The notes under the pieces are model-generated. The model had not been told where the DNA came from, did no database searches, and saw only the letters and a list, made by a program, of their open reading frames with translations. This document shows, piece by piece, positions 25,941-38,843 of a stretch of DNA of 64,000 nucleotides (positions are counted from its first letter, which is position 1; the number at the start of each line of letters is the position of its first letter). The position numbers and the translations under genes are program-made. The stretch is taken from NCBI GenBank assembly GCA_002104945.1, contig MCFH01000048.1:310001-374000 (forward strand), given 5' to 3'. Origin of the DNA: Piromyces finnis finn (Eukaryota > Fungi > Neocallimastigomycota).

Positions 25941-28900
25941 ATGGAAGAGAACGAAAACAACCACATGGATAATAATAATATTTTCGAAAACGCAACTCTT
26001 AAGGATGGTTTTGCAGGGGATCGCAGGTATCTGAAGGGTTTCTTAGCTAAGGTGGAGCTAGTGTTTATGCTATATCCTGAACGGTATCAAGACGACGCAA
26101 CCAAAATTCTCTATATAATATCAAGACTTTATGGGGACGCTATGAATTGGGCTGCTACTCTTATAAACAACCATGATCCGTGTCTTAATAACTACCAAGC
26201 TTTTGTTGACAGGTTTAAGGCTTTTTATGGATATAACGATGCTACCTATGTTGCAAATTAAATGCTTAGAACCTTAAAACAACGCCGATTAGGAGGAATT
26301 AGAGGATATATCTTGGAATTTAACCGCTATGCTGATGAATCAAACTGGAATGAACAAGCCAAAATGGATGCATTTATAGCTGGCCTTAATCAACAAGTTG
26401 CAGTTCGTATTTTGGAAATGTTTCCGGGTCCTAGGGATCTTCTTTCATTACAGACTATTGCTTCAAGAATCGATTCAAGATTATCTACACATCATACCTT
26501 TTTCCCTTCTGGTTCAAACAATGACCAAAACCGAAAGAAAAGATCTTTTCATCACTCTTCAAAAATAACAAAGTCCATTACAAACAGGAATAACCATGGC
26601 CCTATCTCAAACGAAGAAAAGGAAAGAAGAAAGAAAGAAAATCTTTGTGTGTATTGTGGTGCTTCAAGTCATAAGCTTAATAATTGTCCAAAAAGAAAGA
26701 ATAAAGATCGTGAAAATCCTTCACTAATATCTATTCCCACACTTATATCCGCTCCTAAAGAAGAATACAAAACTCATAATAAAATGACAACTAAATTTAA
26801 ACTTTCTTATGAACTAAATACGGATATTCTTATTGACTCAGGATCCAAACTTAATTTAATTGATGTAGATTACTGTAACGATAATAACATTCCTTATCAT
26901 GATGACGGTAACCTACCAAATATCGTTGGTATCGGTGGTCGACAATCTCTTTTTGGAATTACATCTCCTTTGAATCTTCGCTACAAAGATCATCTCTGTC
27001 GAACACAATTCTATGTAACTGATCTACCTTATTATCCTTGTATTCTTGGAATAGACTGGCTTAAAGAACACAATCCTTCTATCAATTTCACAAAGAACAA
27101 AATTTCATTTGTATCCGATTACTGTTATAATCGTTGTATAACACTCTCCAATAATGTCCCTGAATTTCCTGAAGAAAGATCTGCTTTTCCTGCAATGGAA
27201 GATCCTTCCTACGAACCTCCGCATGATTCATTCGCTTACCCTATATTTGTCGATAAACAAAACATCCAATCTCAAAACGAAACTAATCGTACTTGTACTA
27301 TTCTCTGTTCGGGTTCTTCAAAAAATATTAACAATTCTGTTTCTAAGAAGTCTTCTGTTAACTTTTCTACTTCGTCTCTCTCAAATCAAGAACCAACTTC
27401 TGTTTTGACTTCTTTTTCTGATTCTAATATTCAATCCAATTCTATTCTCAAATCCGATTCAAACTCTAAATCAGAACCTAATTCTTCTATTATACTTCCG
27501 GATGTTCTCTCTGACTTTGCTGATGTCTTCAATGAATCTAATGCTGAAAAACTTCCTCCACACCGTCCATACGATTGTGAAATAAAACTCAAAGAAAATT
27601 CAAAACTGTTTTATGGACCGATTTATCCTCTAACAGAAACCGAATCAATTGCTTTAGAAGAATATATAAAAGAAAATCTCAAGAAAGGATTTATTAGAAA
27701 ATCAAAATCGCCTGCGGGAGCTCCTATTCTGTTTGTACCTAAGAAAAACGGTCAACTTCGTATGTGTGTTGACTATCGCCAATTAAACTCCATAACTATT
27801 CGTGATTCTTATCCCCTTCCTCTTATACAAGATATGCTTGAACATCTTGGAAAAGGGAAGATTTTCTCAAAATTGGATCTTCGTTCTGCCTATAACTTGG
27901 TCAGGATTAAAAGTGGTGATGAATATAAAACCGCTTTTACTTGCAAGTTAGGTCATTTTGAATACTGTGTGATGCCTTTTGGGTTGAAAAATGCACCTGC
28001 TGTTTTTCAACATTTCATTAATGATGTTCTTGAAGACGTTCTTGGTAAATTCGCTTTCTCTTACATAGATGATATTATTATTTTTTCCTCTGATTATAAA
28101 TCTCATATATCTCATGTCAAAACTGTTTTGAAACTCCTGAGGGATGCTGGGCTCTATGCTAAATTGGAAAAATGCGAGTTCTTTGTTTCTTTTATTGATT
28201 TCCTTGGTCATAGGATTTCTACTGATGGTATTCACATGGACCCAAATAAAGTTTCTTCTATTTTAAACTGGCCTACTCCATCTAATGTTAAAGAGGTTCA
28301 ATCTTTTCTTGGTCTTGCGAACTACTACCGTCGATTTATTCCAAATTTTGCAAAGATCGCTCATCCTTTGCATAAACTTTTGAAGAAAAATGTTAAATTT
28401 GTATGGTCTAAAGAAGCTCAAGATGCTTTCGATTCACTCAAGTCCTTATTTGTTTCTGCACCTGTTCTTATATTTCCTAATCGTGAACTTCCATTCATAG
28501 TCGAAACTGATTCAAGTAACTTTGCCATTGGTGCTATTCTCTCGCAAGTCTCTCCAATTGATAATATGACCCATCCAGTTGCTTTCTTTTCTCGCTCTCT
28601 TACTGGTCCTGAACGTAATTATCCAATATATGATAAAGAGCTCTTAGCTATCGTTACTGCTCTTGAAACATGGCGTCATCTACTTAAAGGCTCTTCTTCT
28701 ACTTTTAAGATTTACTCGGATCATCGAAATTTACTCTATCAAAAGAAACCTGAAAAAATGTCTCAACGTCTTGTTCGCTGGGCTTTGTTTCTCTCTGAAT
28801 TTAACTTTGTTATTATTTATCGTTCTGGTTCTTCTAACGGTAAGCCTGATGCCCTATCTCGTCGTCCTGATTATGCTATCAATTCGAATTCCTCTTCTGA

Positions 28901-30383
28901 TGTTCCTTTTAATGTTCTTCGCCCTGAAAACTTTTGTGCCATTGTGACTTCTGTTTCGTCCATTAGTGATTCTTTTCTTTCCGAATATATAAATGATGAC
29001 TTTTACAATAAAATCTGTGAATATCTTGATTGTAGGAAACCTCCAATACCTCACCCTCAAATTGACAAATTTTCCTTAAGCAATAGTTTTCTCCTTTTTA
29101 CTGACAGAATCTATGTTCCTCCAAATTGTCGTCTTTCAATTCTTAAACTCTGTCACGACTCTCCTTCAGCTGGTCATTTCGGAATAAAGAAAACATCTTC
29201 TCTTATTGCTAGAGACTTCTGGTGGCCTTCTATTTCTTCTGATGTTAAAGACTACGTTCGTTCTTGTGAAGTTTGTTGTCGTTCAAAAACCTTTCGTCAT
29301 AAACCTTATGGTCTTCTGAATCCTCTTGATATTGCTGAGCGTCCTTGGTCATCCATTTCAATGGATTTCATTACAGATTTGCCTTCATCTTCTGGTTTCA
29401 CTTGCATTCTTGTTGTTGTTGATCGTCTTACAAAAATGGTTCATCTCATTCCGTTCAAAAGTATTCCTTCCGCCGCCGAAACAGCCACAGCCTTTATTGA
29501 TAATATTTTCCGTCTTCATGGCCTACCTGAATCTATTGTCTCGGATAGAGGTTCTCAATTTACCTCTAAATTCTTCCAATCCATCTGTTCCTCCCTTGGC
29601 ATTGAACTTAAGTTGTCTACTCCATTTCATCATCAATCAAACGGTCAGACGGAGAGGGTGAACTCCGTTATAGAACAATATTTAAGATGTTTCTCAAATT
29701 ATAAAGGTTCAAATTGGAAAAGTTTTCTTAGTCTTGCAGAATTTAGTTATAACAACGTGGTTCAAGAATCATCCAAATTTTCTCCATTCTTTTTGAATTA
29801 CGGCTTTCATCCAAAATATTCACCAGTTATTCCAGACTTATCTAAAGTCCCAAGAGCAGAAGAGTTTACAAGAGATTTTAAAACTTTAATTAATACCTTA
29901 AAAGAAAATTTAAAATCTGCCATGGAAACCCAGAAGAAGCATGCTGACAAACGTAGAAAAGAAGCTCCGAATTTTAAAGTTGGTGACAAAGTTTGGCTGG
30001 ATAGTTCTTTAATTATCCACAAAGGAAATAAAAAATTTAAGCCAAGAAAACTCGGCCCATACAAAATCTTGGAAAAAATATCAAATGTTACATTTAAATT
30101 AAGTCTCCCAAAATCTATTAAGATTCATCCAGTTATTCATGTATCCAATCTCGAGAAATATGTCGAAGATAAATTTGGAAGATCTCAACCACCACCGCCA
30201 CCTATTACCGTTGACAATGAAGAAGAATACGAAGTTGAAGAAATTCTGGATAAAAGAAGACATTACGGAAAAATACAATACCTGATTAAATGGAAAGGGT
30301 ATTCAATCAATGAAGCTTCGTGGGAGCCTGAAGAAAATCTAAATTGCAAGGGGCTACTTAAAAAATTTAATAGAAAGAAATAA
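25941..30383 (+). CDS. Gag-Pol polyprotein of G1 (gag, CCHC, PR, RT, RNase H, IN, chromodomain), one in-frame TAA at 26259-26261
   Basis: ORFs 25941-26261 and 26262-30383 are in the same frame. Motifs: [27 protein letters not shown] zinc finger, D,D35E (DFI...DRG...E), GPY, chromodomain. Confidence 0.93.
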
Positions 30384-31449
30384 AAAATAGTTAAAAAATT
30401 CAAATTATATTTATTATTAATATTAAAATCACAATTATTATTATTATCAAAACTTATTAATATCATTATCAATATCAATTTTATTATTAAACAATTTATT
30501 AATATCAAATTTATCAATATTTTATTTTTAACTTTAGTAATATTAAAAAAAAAATGTATTTTATTATATTAAATGTATTTTTATAATTAAGAAAATTCAC
30601 TCCTTAGTTTAGTTTATTAAAAAAGAAAAACATATATTTAAATATTAAAATTCTAGATTCGTCTGGTATCCAAATCCTGGAGGAGGACCATGTAACGAAT
30701 GCTAGAAATAACTAAATTGTCTTAGTGGTTAGTAGCTAAGACTTTGAGTCTGAATGACACTAGTTCGAGACCTCATAGATACTATTTTAAAAAAATTATA
30801 ATTTTATTTTATTTTATTTTATTTTTAAATTTTATTTTATATGAAGATTATTGATTGGTTAAGAATTTTAAGTTGAAAAAATTTATAAATTAATTTAAAA
30901 AATTTTTAGTATAAATACGAGTAAATTTTCCCAAATATTTTAAAAAATCGAGATTTTATTAATAAATAATTATATTATTATACACTAACTTATTAAGTTA
31001 AATTCTATGTGTTTTTAATGATATTTTTATAAATTAATAATTTACAGAATATTTTAAAGTGTTAATATTACTAAGTTATTTAGTAAATATTATAATTTGT
31101 TTTTATTGTTAAAGACACATTTCTTTACATCGGCAGGACATTTTGGGATTAAGAAGACTCTTTCCCTTATTCGCAGAGACTTTTGGTGGCCTTCACTTTC
31201 ATCGGATGTCTAGTTGTTTATTCGTTCCTGTGATACCTGTTGCTGTGCTAAAGTCAGCCATCACAAACCCTATGGACTTCTACAGCCTCTTAGTATTGCT
31301 AACAAACCATGGTCCTCCATCACAGTGGATTTTATTACTGATCTACCTTGTTCTAATGGTTTTACTTGCATCATTGTTGTTATTGATCGGCTTACAAAAA
31401 TATCTCATTTTATCCCGTTCAAATCAGTTCCTTCAGCTACGGAAACAGC

Positions 31450-32239
31450 TGTAAAAGTATAAAATTTAAAACAGATTTTATACTTAAAACAAAGCAATTT
31501 TTATAAACACAAAAATAAAATAAATAAAACAATAAATTTTTATTTTAGAAAAATATTTTATTTAAAACTCTTAAAAATATTATTAAATATATAATAGTTA
31601 ATAACTAAAAAATTGAAATAACATTTACATCGATTTAATAAACAAAAATTACATGTATTTATATTTTTTTACATAATTATATTCTAATATATTATTCTAT
31701 TTAAATAAACGTATATTTAATATAAAATAAACAACACTAATATAATTAAATAATAAAATAACAGAATTAAACTAAAACTAATTCATTATACTTTTAATTC
31801 AATTTATTCAATTTGAGTAAACTCAAAATTGAATAAACCCTATGTATTTTCTATAAATTAATTTAATATTATCAATACTATTCTTAATATATTTCCTATT
31901 GAAATATAAACAAATTTATTATTATTAAAACAAAGTTAAAATTATTAAGCTATTCTAAATTTAAATAAAAAAGTATAATCTATTCTAAAATTAAATAAAA
32001 AGTATTTAAAAAAATATTTTAATTATTTAAAATATTTGAAATATTTAAATTTAATTAAAATTCTTTTATTCCTTAAATTTAAATATTTATCTTAATTTAA
32101 TTTTAACGGAATTATTATAAAATAATTTATTATTAAATTATTCCATAAAATTTATTCAAAAATTTTATAATTCAATTTATTATTTAATAATTAATAATTA
32201 ATTATTAAATAATCTAAAGATATATATTATATCTTTAGA
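31450..32239. mobile_element. Solo LTR (TGTAAAAG...CTTTAGA) in the G0 integrase, TSD ACAGC
   Basis: acagc at 31445-31449 and 32240-32244. The IN reading frame resumes across it. Homologous to 58721-59308. Confidence 0.85.
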
Positions 32240-33362
32240 ACAGCAGACGCTTTTATAAACAATATTTTCAGGATTCATGGCCTCCCTTTAGAAATTTTAT
32301 CCGATAGAGGTACACAATTTACCTCTAAGTTTTGGAATGCTGTTTGCCATGCATTCAATGTTTCTTTGGTATTTTCTTCGCCGTTTCACCATCAAACAAA
32401 CGGCCAGACGAAGAGAGTAAACTCCGTTGTCGAACAATATCTTAGATGCTATTCAAATATCAAAGGTAACAACTGGTCGAAGTTTCTTAGTTTAGCAGAA
32501 TTTAGCTACAATAATGTTATCCAAGAATCTGCTAAATCATCTCCTTTCTTCTTAAATTATGGTTTTAATCCTAGACACTCACCAGTTATTTCAGATAACA
32601 TCAATGTTCCTAGGGCTCAAGAATATATTATAGACTTTAACAAAATAATTAATATCTTGAAAGAGAATCTCAAGAAAGCCTCCAAATCTCAAAAGAAATT
32701 TGCTAACAAATATAGAAGCAATCCACCAGAATTTCATCCTAGTGATAAAGTATGGATCGATAATTCCTTAGTGTTAAAAAAAGGACCAAAGAAGCTCAAC
32801 CAAAAAAGCTCGAACCATTTATAATAGAAGAAAAGATCTCGCCTGTTACGCTTAAATTGAAATTACTAAAAAATCTTAGAATACACTCAGTCATTCATGC
32901 TTCAAACCTAGAACCTTACATTGAAGACATGCAATTTAGAAGAAAATAACCTCCCCCTTCTCCTATAGTAATAGATAATCAAGATGAATATGAAGTAGAT
33001 GAAATTCTCGACAAGAGAATTCATTATGGTAAAGTACAATATTTAATTGAATGGAAAGGCTATCCACTTTCAGAAGCCTCATGGGAGCCAGAAACCAACT
33101 TAAAAAACTGTCCTGATTTATTAAAATCCTTCAATGAACATTAATTAATAATAAACTCAATTTTCTATTTATACTAAAAAAAAATACAGAGAGAAGAAAA
33201 TTTTTACTTACGGACATTTGCTTAACTATATAGTAAAATTTTATTTAATTAGTTATTATTTTGTTTCTATTTGTTTTTGTTTTTGTTTTTTGTTTTAACT
33301 CTGTTTTGTTTTTAGTGTTAATAAGATTCGTCTGGTATTCGAATCCTAGAGGAGGGCCATGT

Positions 33363-34082
33363 TGTAAAATATTGTATTAATAAAATAATGTATAATGTAT
33401 TAAATTAATGTGCTGTAAATTTTACAAACATTTATATCACAATACATTAACATAAATTTATGTAAATTTTAATTTTATGATAAGATAAAATTTTTGATGA
33501 TAAAATAGAACTTTAAATTAAATAATTTTTAACCAATAAATATTTTAGATAATAAAAATTTTTTTTATAAACTAAGCCTCAAAATTAGAAATAAATAAAT
33601 TAAATATATGTTTGAAATATAATCAACCATATAGTAAATAAATCAAAACTTTATTTTAAGTTTAGAAAATTCTTTAGTAAATAAATTGAATTTAAATAGT
33701 TTAATACAAATAATGTCTTTTAATAAATGTATAAATGAAAACAATGTAAAATTATAATATTAAAACATGTATATTAGAATTTATTCAATTTGTTTAAAAA
33801 GTATAAATAAAGAAAATTTTTCGACCATTGAAACGATAGTTGGAAAATCGTATAGTATAGTTTATATAGTTTAGTTTAGTTTAGTTTAAAAATAAAATTA
33901 ATATTGATTACCTAGTGAGGGCTCTGGTAAAATAACCTTCACGGTAAAGGAATCAATGGTTGTTCTAGAATAGATTTTTTAATAAAATTATAAATAAAAT
34001 AATATTAAAATTAATTAGTTTAATTGTGTTGATTTAGTTTAGTGTACGTATACAAACCTGAACTAGTATAGTTTATTTTACA
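33363..34082 (+). mobile_element. Solo LTR family B at the PPT/3'LTR junction of G0, TSD CATGT
   Basis: TGTAAAAT...TTTTACA, with catgt at 33358-33362 and 34083-34087. Homologous to the reverse complement of 49859-50676. Confidence 0.88.
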
Positions 34083-35329
34083 CATGTAATAAATTTGCTT
34101 ATGCTACGGTTCAAATAAAATATCACAATAAACTTGAATAGTTATAAAAATAAAATTTATTTAATTTATTTTTTATTTTTCAATTTTTAAAATTTTTCTC
34201 AAAAATCCTCGTACTTTTTCCAACTATTCATCATTTGAAATTTAATGATTTTGGATAGTTAGAAATTTAAACTAATTTCATTCATAATATATAGATCATT
34301 CACTGTAACATATATTAATTTAATCCTTAATATATATTATGAATAATCTCTTAATATTTGAATAGAAAAATTTTTAATTTATAATTAATAAATTTTTAAT
34401 ATATTTTACATTTTTCTTATCATATATTAACTAATCAACTACCATATATAATAAATTTATATTAGTTGATTAATCATGTCCTTATTTAGCTATAAACAAT
34501 AAATTTTATGTCAAGGTATCTTCTGTTATTTGTGTAACAATTACCTTTTCTAGTAATTAAATTATAGCTCATTTTCATTTAATAATTTTAATTTCTGAAT
34601 ATTATATAATAAAGTTAATTAATAAAATAAATCTTTATTAATAATAAAATAGACAATCATTTTAATAACAAGAATTAAGTAAAATTTCATAAGTATAAAA
34701 CATTATAATAAGACTAATATTAAAGGTAATAAAATAACTATATACAAATAATATAATTTTTCAAATAATTTTTGATTAGTAACCTCAAACATAAACAAAC
34801 CAAAAAACCTTTGGATCAAAAAATTCATGAGAATATATAATTAGTATCAGCAATTGTTATTCTCAAATTATAATATTAAATATTTACAATTTAATATGGT
34901 TAAAATATTACTTTTTATTTAAAAGTAATTTATAAGATTAATCTTAGGATCTATCATATGAATCCATATTATTAATATCAATATCAATTATTAATATTTT
35001 AATTTAAAATTATTTTATTTTTATCTTTATTATTAATATCAATATTAATATCAATGTAATTTTATTAATTGTAAGAAAAAGTATTTAAACAAAAAATTAA
35101 AATTATTTTTGAAATTCTTTGTAAGATTATTAATTAATTATTAACTATAATCTATTATAATATAACTTAATAAATATTATTTTAATAAATAAATAATTAA
35201 TAAATAAATTTCATAACTAAATTATATTAAAATTTTTATTTTAAATACAAAAATCCATTTAATTATTTAAATTAGTATTATTCTTTAATAAGTTTTAAAG
35301 AAAAAGTTTAATAATAAAAATGTTTAGTA

Positions 35330-36613
35330 AGGAAAACGGTATATCTAAGATAAACTCACCTCTTATATACATGAATTAAATGGAAAAGCAGACAGAAAGA
35401 ATAAACCAAACTATTCAAAATTCTGCTAAAACACTTTTATATTGGGCTAAATTATCTGAAGACTTTTGGAGTTTTGTTGTAAAATATTATTATTATATTT
35501 ACAACAAAATACCACACCAAGGAAACAATAATTTAATTCCTGACGAAGTATTTACAAACGAGGAAGCCGATCTAAAATACCTAAAGGTATTTGGATGTAT
35601 ATGTTACTTTAAGGACTATTCTCTTAATAAGTCAAAATTCGCGCCAAACTCGAAGGAAGGAATATTTCTTGGGTTCAGTGAAGTAAATCACTCATATATC
35701 GTCATGGAGATATGTGGTGATAAACTTAAAATCCACTATTCTAGGGAAATAGAATACTGTGAAGATAAGCCGGCACAATACACTTATAAAAATAAAAATA
35801 TAAACGATCCGTATTTCTCTTTCAACGATTCATATAATATCAACAATTACGACAATAAGGTCCCCTCAGATTCATCGAAGAACAATAACACAGAAGGTGT
35901 AAAAGAGAAAGTTGTTGAACAACAAGAACAACAACACTACGGATACAAATTCAAATATAAATAAAGAAAACAATAATACAGAAAGGACTACTTCCAAGAA
36001 AAAGGTGAATATCCACTTTAAAAATAATGAAGAAGTAAAAGTAGAAGAAGAAAAAGAAGTAGAAGTAAAAGAAGAAGAAATAGTTGAAGAAGAAGATAAT
36101 AACAACAATATGGACGAGGACCCAGTTTATGAAAATACTAAATATAACGATACAAAAGAAGGTAAAACTAAAAGGAAAGAGAAAGAAACTAATAAAAGGA
36201 ATAATATAAATTTCAAAATTGAAGAAAATTCAAAAAGTAATTTAAACAGTAAATTAAAAAACGACACTCAAAACAAAAAATAATAATTTAAATTCAAAAT
36301 TTAATAAAAATAAATTTACTAATGACATTTTAAAAGTTTTAGAAGAAATTGCAAATGACAATTGCAATTTCGAAAAGAAAAATTATAAAATTTCAAATAA
36401 TATTAACGAAAATAACAAATACCAATATCCTGAAAATCTTGGTCCTGATAACGTTCGCTCTGGAATAAATCTTCCTGATAAAAACAAAAATAATATTATT
36501 GAAAATCCTGATTATTTTAATAATTCTTCAAAGGAAAGTTTCACCACTGAAAATATTTCTAATACCAAAAATACTGGTGAAAATACTACTGAAAATCCAA
36601 ATATTAATCATTG
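35330..36613 (+). mobile_element. Copia integrase C-terminal/linker fragment; inverted near-identical copy of 46997-48280
   Basis: ORFs 35380-35964 and 35912-36283 match 47646-48230 and 47327-47698 except one residue (Y/C). Motif VFGCICY...EGIFLGF. Confidence 0.9.
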
Positions 36614-37489
36614 TGTAACGAATCTTTAATGATAGGTAATGAAATTAATAAATATAAAATTATTATTATACCTGATTTTTAAGTTAACCCTAAAAGTAAC
36701 TTAAAATAAGTTATAGTTTAATTAAGTACTTTACCAAAATTCTAAAATGAAATTAATCCTAAACACTGCATATATTTTGATTATTGAAAGAAAATAATAA
36801 ACTTTAATTAATCGAGATCAAAATATATAACTTTTGTTAAATTAATTGTTAAATGTTTAATAACTTCGTTAGTAAATTACACTTTAAAAGTAAACAAATA
36901 TAATAATTCATGTTATAAAATAATATAATTAAACACCTTTATTAAAACATTAAAAATAATTATTACTTTAATTAATTGTAAAATAAACAACTTTTTATAT
37001 TCTTTAACTTTTAATTATTTCTTTTATTGTTATTTCTAATTACTTTTATTACTTTTATTGTAAATAGTTATTAATTTTATTGTTTTAATGTAAATAGTTT
37101 AAATTCAAAAGAAAATATAAATACATGTAAATATTCTTATTTTAATCATTATTATTATTATTAATAAAGAAATATTATATAGTTAGATTAATATTTTTGT
37201 AATTTTAATAATCACTTTTATACTTAAATAAATAAAATTTTAAATATTTAAATATTAGAAAAACGAGTGTTTCTAATAAAACAATTTAGTGTTTTTAATA
37301 AAACAATTTTATTAATTTTTATAAAAACAATTTTAAATTTTAATTCATAACTTATATAGTTATAATTAAAGATATAATATAATAATCACTTTTTGAAGTA
37401 AAATTCGAAATTAAGATTATTATCAAATTATATCAATAAATGTAAGAAATAATAATTATTTCAATCTAAATAATTAATATTTCTTATTA

Positions 37490-37673
37490 GTTTAATAATT
37501 TATTTATTTATTTAGTTAAATAATATTTTATACACTTAATTTATTTATTTAATTTATTTAGTTAAATAATATTTTATACACTTAATTTATTTATTTAATT
37601 TATTTAGTTAAATAATATTTTATGCACTTAATTTATTTATTTAATTTATTTAGTTAAATAATATTTTATACAT
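37490..37673. repeat. 46-bp tandem repeat, about 4 copies, inside the insertion in the G2 5'LTR
   Basis: The landmark t(a/g)ca recurs at 37531, 37577, 37623 and 37669. Confidence 0.85.
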
Positions 37674-38308
37674 TTGATTTTTAAATAATATTTATATATA
37701 AGAATCCTGTAATTTAATTGTGTATTACTAATTAATTTACATATTATATCTAAACACGGATTTACTTTAGGAAATCGGTATTTTAAGGTTTTCCCGATTA
37801 TTATAATTGGTTTTACTTAAAATTTACATGATGACTAATATGATTAGAATATTGGTCGAAAACTTGTTTAGGTTTTTCTTCTAGTCTTTTCCTAAACATT
37901 TAATTTGTTAAGATTAGAACCCATTTATTTAACCTTAATTTCTAATAAAAATATAAATAAGACACTCTTGAAATTCTTTAGAAATTCAAGAGTTATTATT
38001 ATAAGAAAAATTAAGTATAATAAATAACAAATAATTCTATTTTAATAAAAAACATATTATTAAAACATAATTTTAATACATCTCACTCTTATCCTCCTTC
38101 CCATTTGTGTTTTTGTTGTTTATTATAAATCCTTATAATAAACTCGCTAAGTTCTAATCTTAATTCTATATTTAATTTTTTATTATTTTTTTCTTTCTAT
38201 ATACATATAATTTAATATTAAATTTTAATATTGAGTTATCAATAAGTAATTATATTGTACTATTTATTATATACATTACAATATAATTACTACAATAAAA
38301 TAGTTAAA

Positions 38309-38382
38309 TAGCTATATTGATTCAATAGTCAAAACCAGAATTATCAATTTGAACATTCTGGGTTCGACTCAACCTGATACCA
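38309..38382 (+). promoter_or_regulatory. tRNA-like Pol III A/B-box cassette in U3 of the G2 LTR (also 43800-43873)
   Basis: TAGCTATATTG(G/A) ... GGTTCGACTC ... CTGATACCA. Confidence 0.6.
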
Positions 38383-38843
38383 ATTTTATAAATAATTTTT
38401 ATTATTACAAAATATAAATACATTAATGTAGCAATTATTGTAGTTCTAGAATTTTTATCAATTAATTTAAAGAACTTAAGAATTTTCTAAAAAATTAAAA
38501 AAAAATTAATTATTCTATTTTTCTCTTTTTATATAATGAAATTAATTCTTAGAAATTCTAAAAATTTTTATAAAAAGTATAAATACGAGTGAATTTTTCA
38601 TCAAAAAATTTTTCTTCGTGTTTTTATTAATTAGAAATAAGTAATTTAAAATATTACAAATACTAATTAATAAATAAAATTAATTTTCAGATTTTTATTA
38701 ATAAAAAATTATTTTCTAAAAAAACAAATTACTTATTTTAGTGTATGCCTATTGTGGTAAAATTTAGTTTTTATTGATAAACTAATAATATTATTATTTA
38801 TCTAATAAAAACATTACAATAAAAACACCTTTCAAAATAACGC

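Larger units (their letters stand above)
24636..31129 (+). mobile_element. Near-intact chromoviral Ty3/gypsy LTR retrotransposon G1, inserted in the integrase of G0 with TSD TCGGC
   Basis: LTRs 24636-25047 and 30691-31129 (about 6 substitutions plus indels by eye). TSD tcggc at 24631-24635 and 31130-31134. PPT ggaggaggacca 30679-30690. Confidence 0.95.
22646..33362 (+). mobile_element. Degenerate chromovirus 'host' element G0 (gag-RT-RH 22646-24635, IN 31130-31449, IN-chromodomain 32240-33144, PPT about 33349-33359). Its 3'LTR resumes at about 34085; 5'LTR missing, gag-PR largely deleted
   Basis: [24 protein letters not shown]|GHFGIKKT split by element G1, SATETA|DAFIN split by a solo LTR, chromodomain YEVDEILD...[17 protein letters not shown]. 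Confidence 0.9.

Noticed and set aside
26259-26261. RIP or programmed stop-codon readthrough
   Set aside because: Paralogues have CAA here. Other nonsense changes in G2 (40852, 41896) are transversion-type, so there is no consistent CpA-to-TpA pattern by eye.
30662-30670. TGGTATC in the pre-PPT loop as a tRNA-iMet PBS, or as a partner of the U3 GATACCA
   Set aside because: Wrong position for a PBS, and G2 has TGGAATC, which breaks the proposed pairing.
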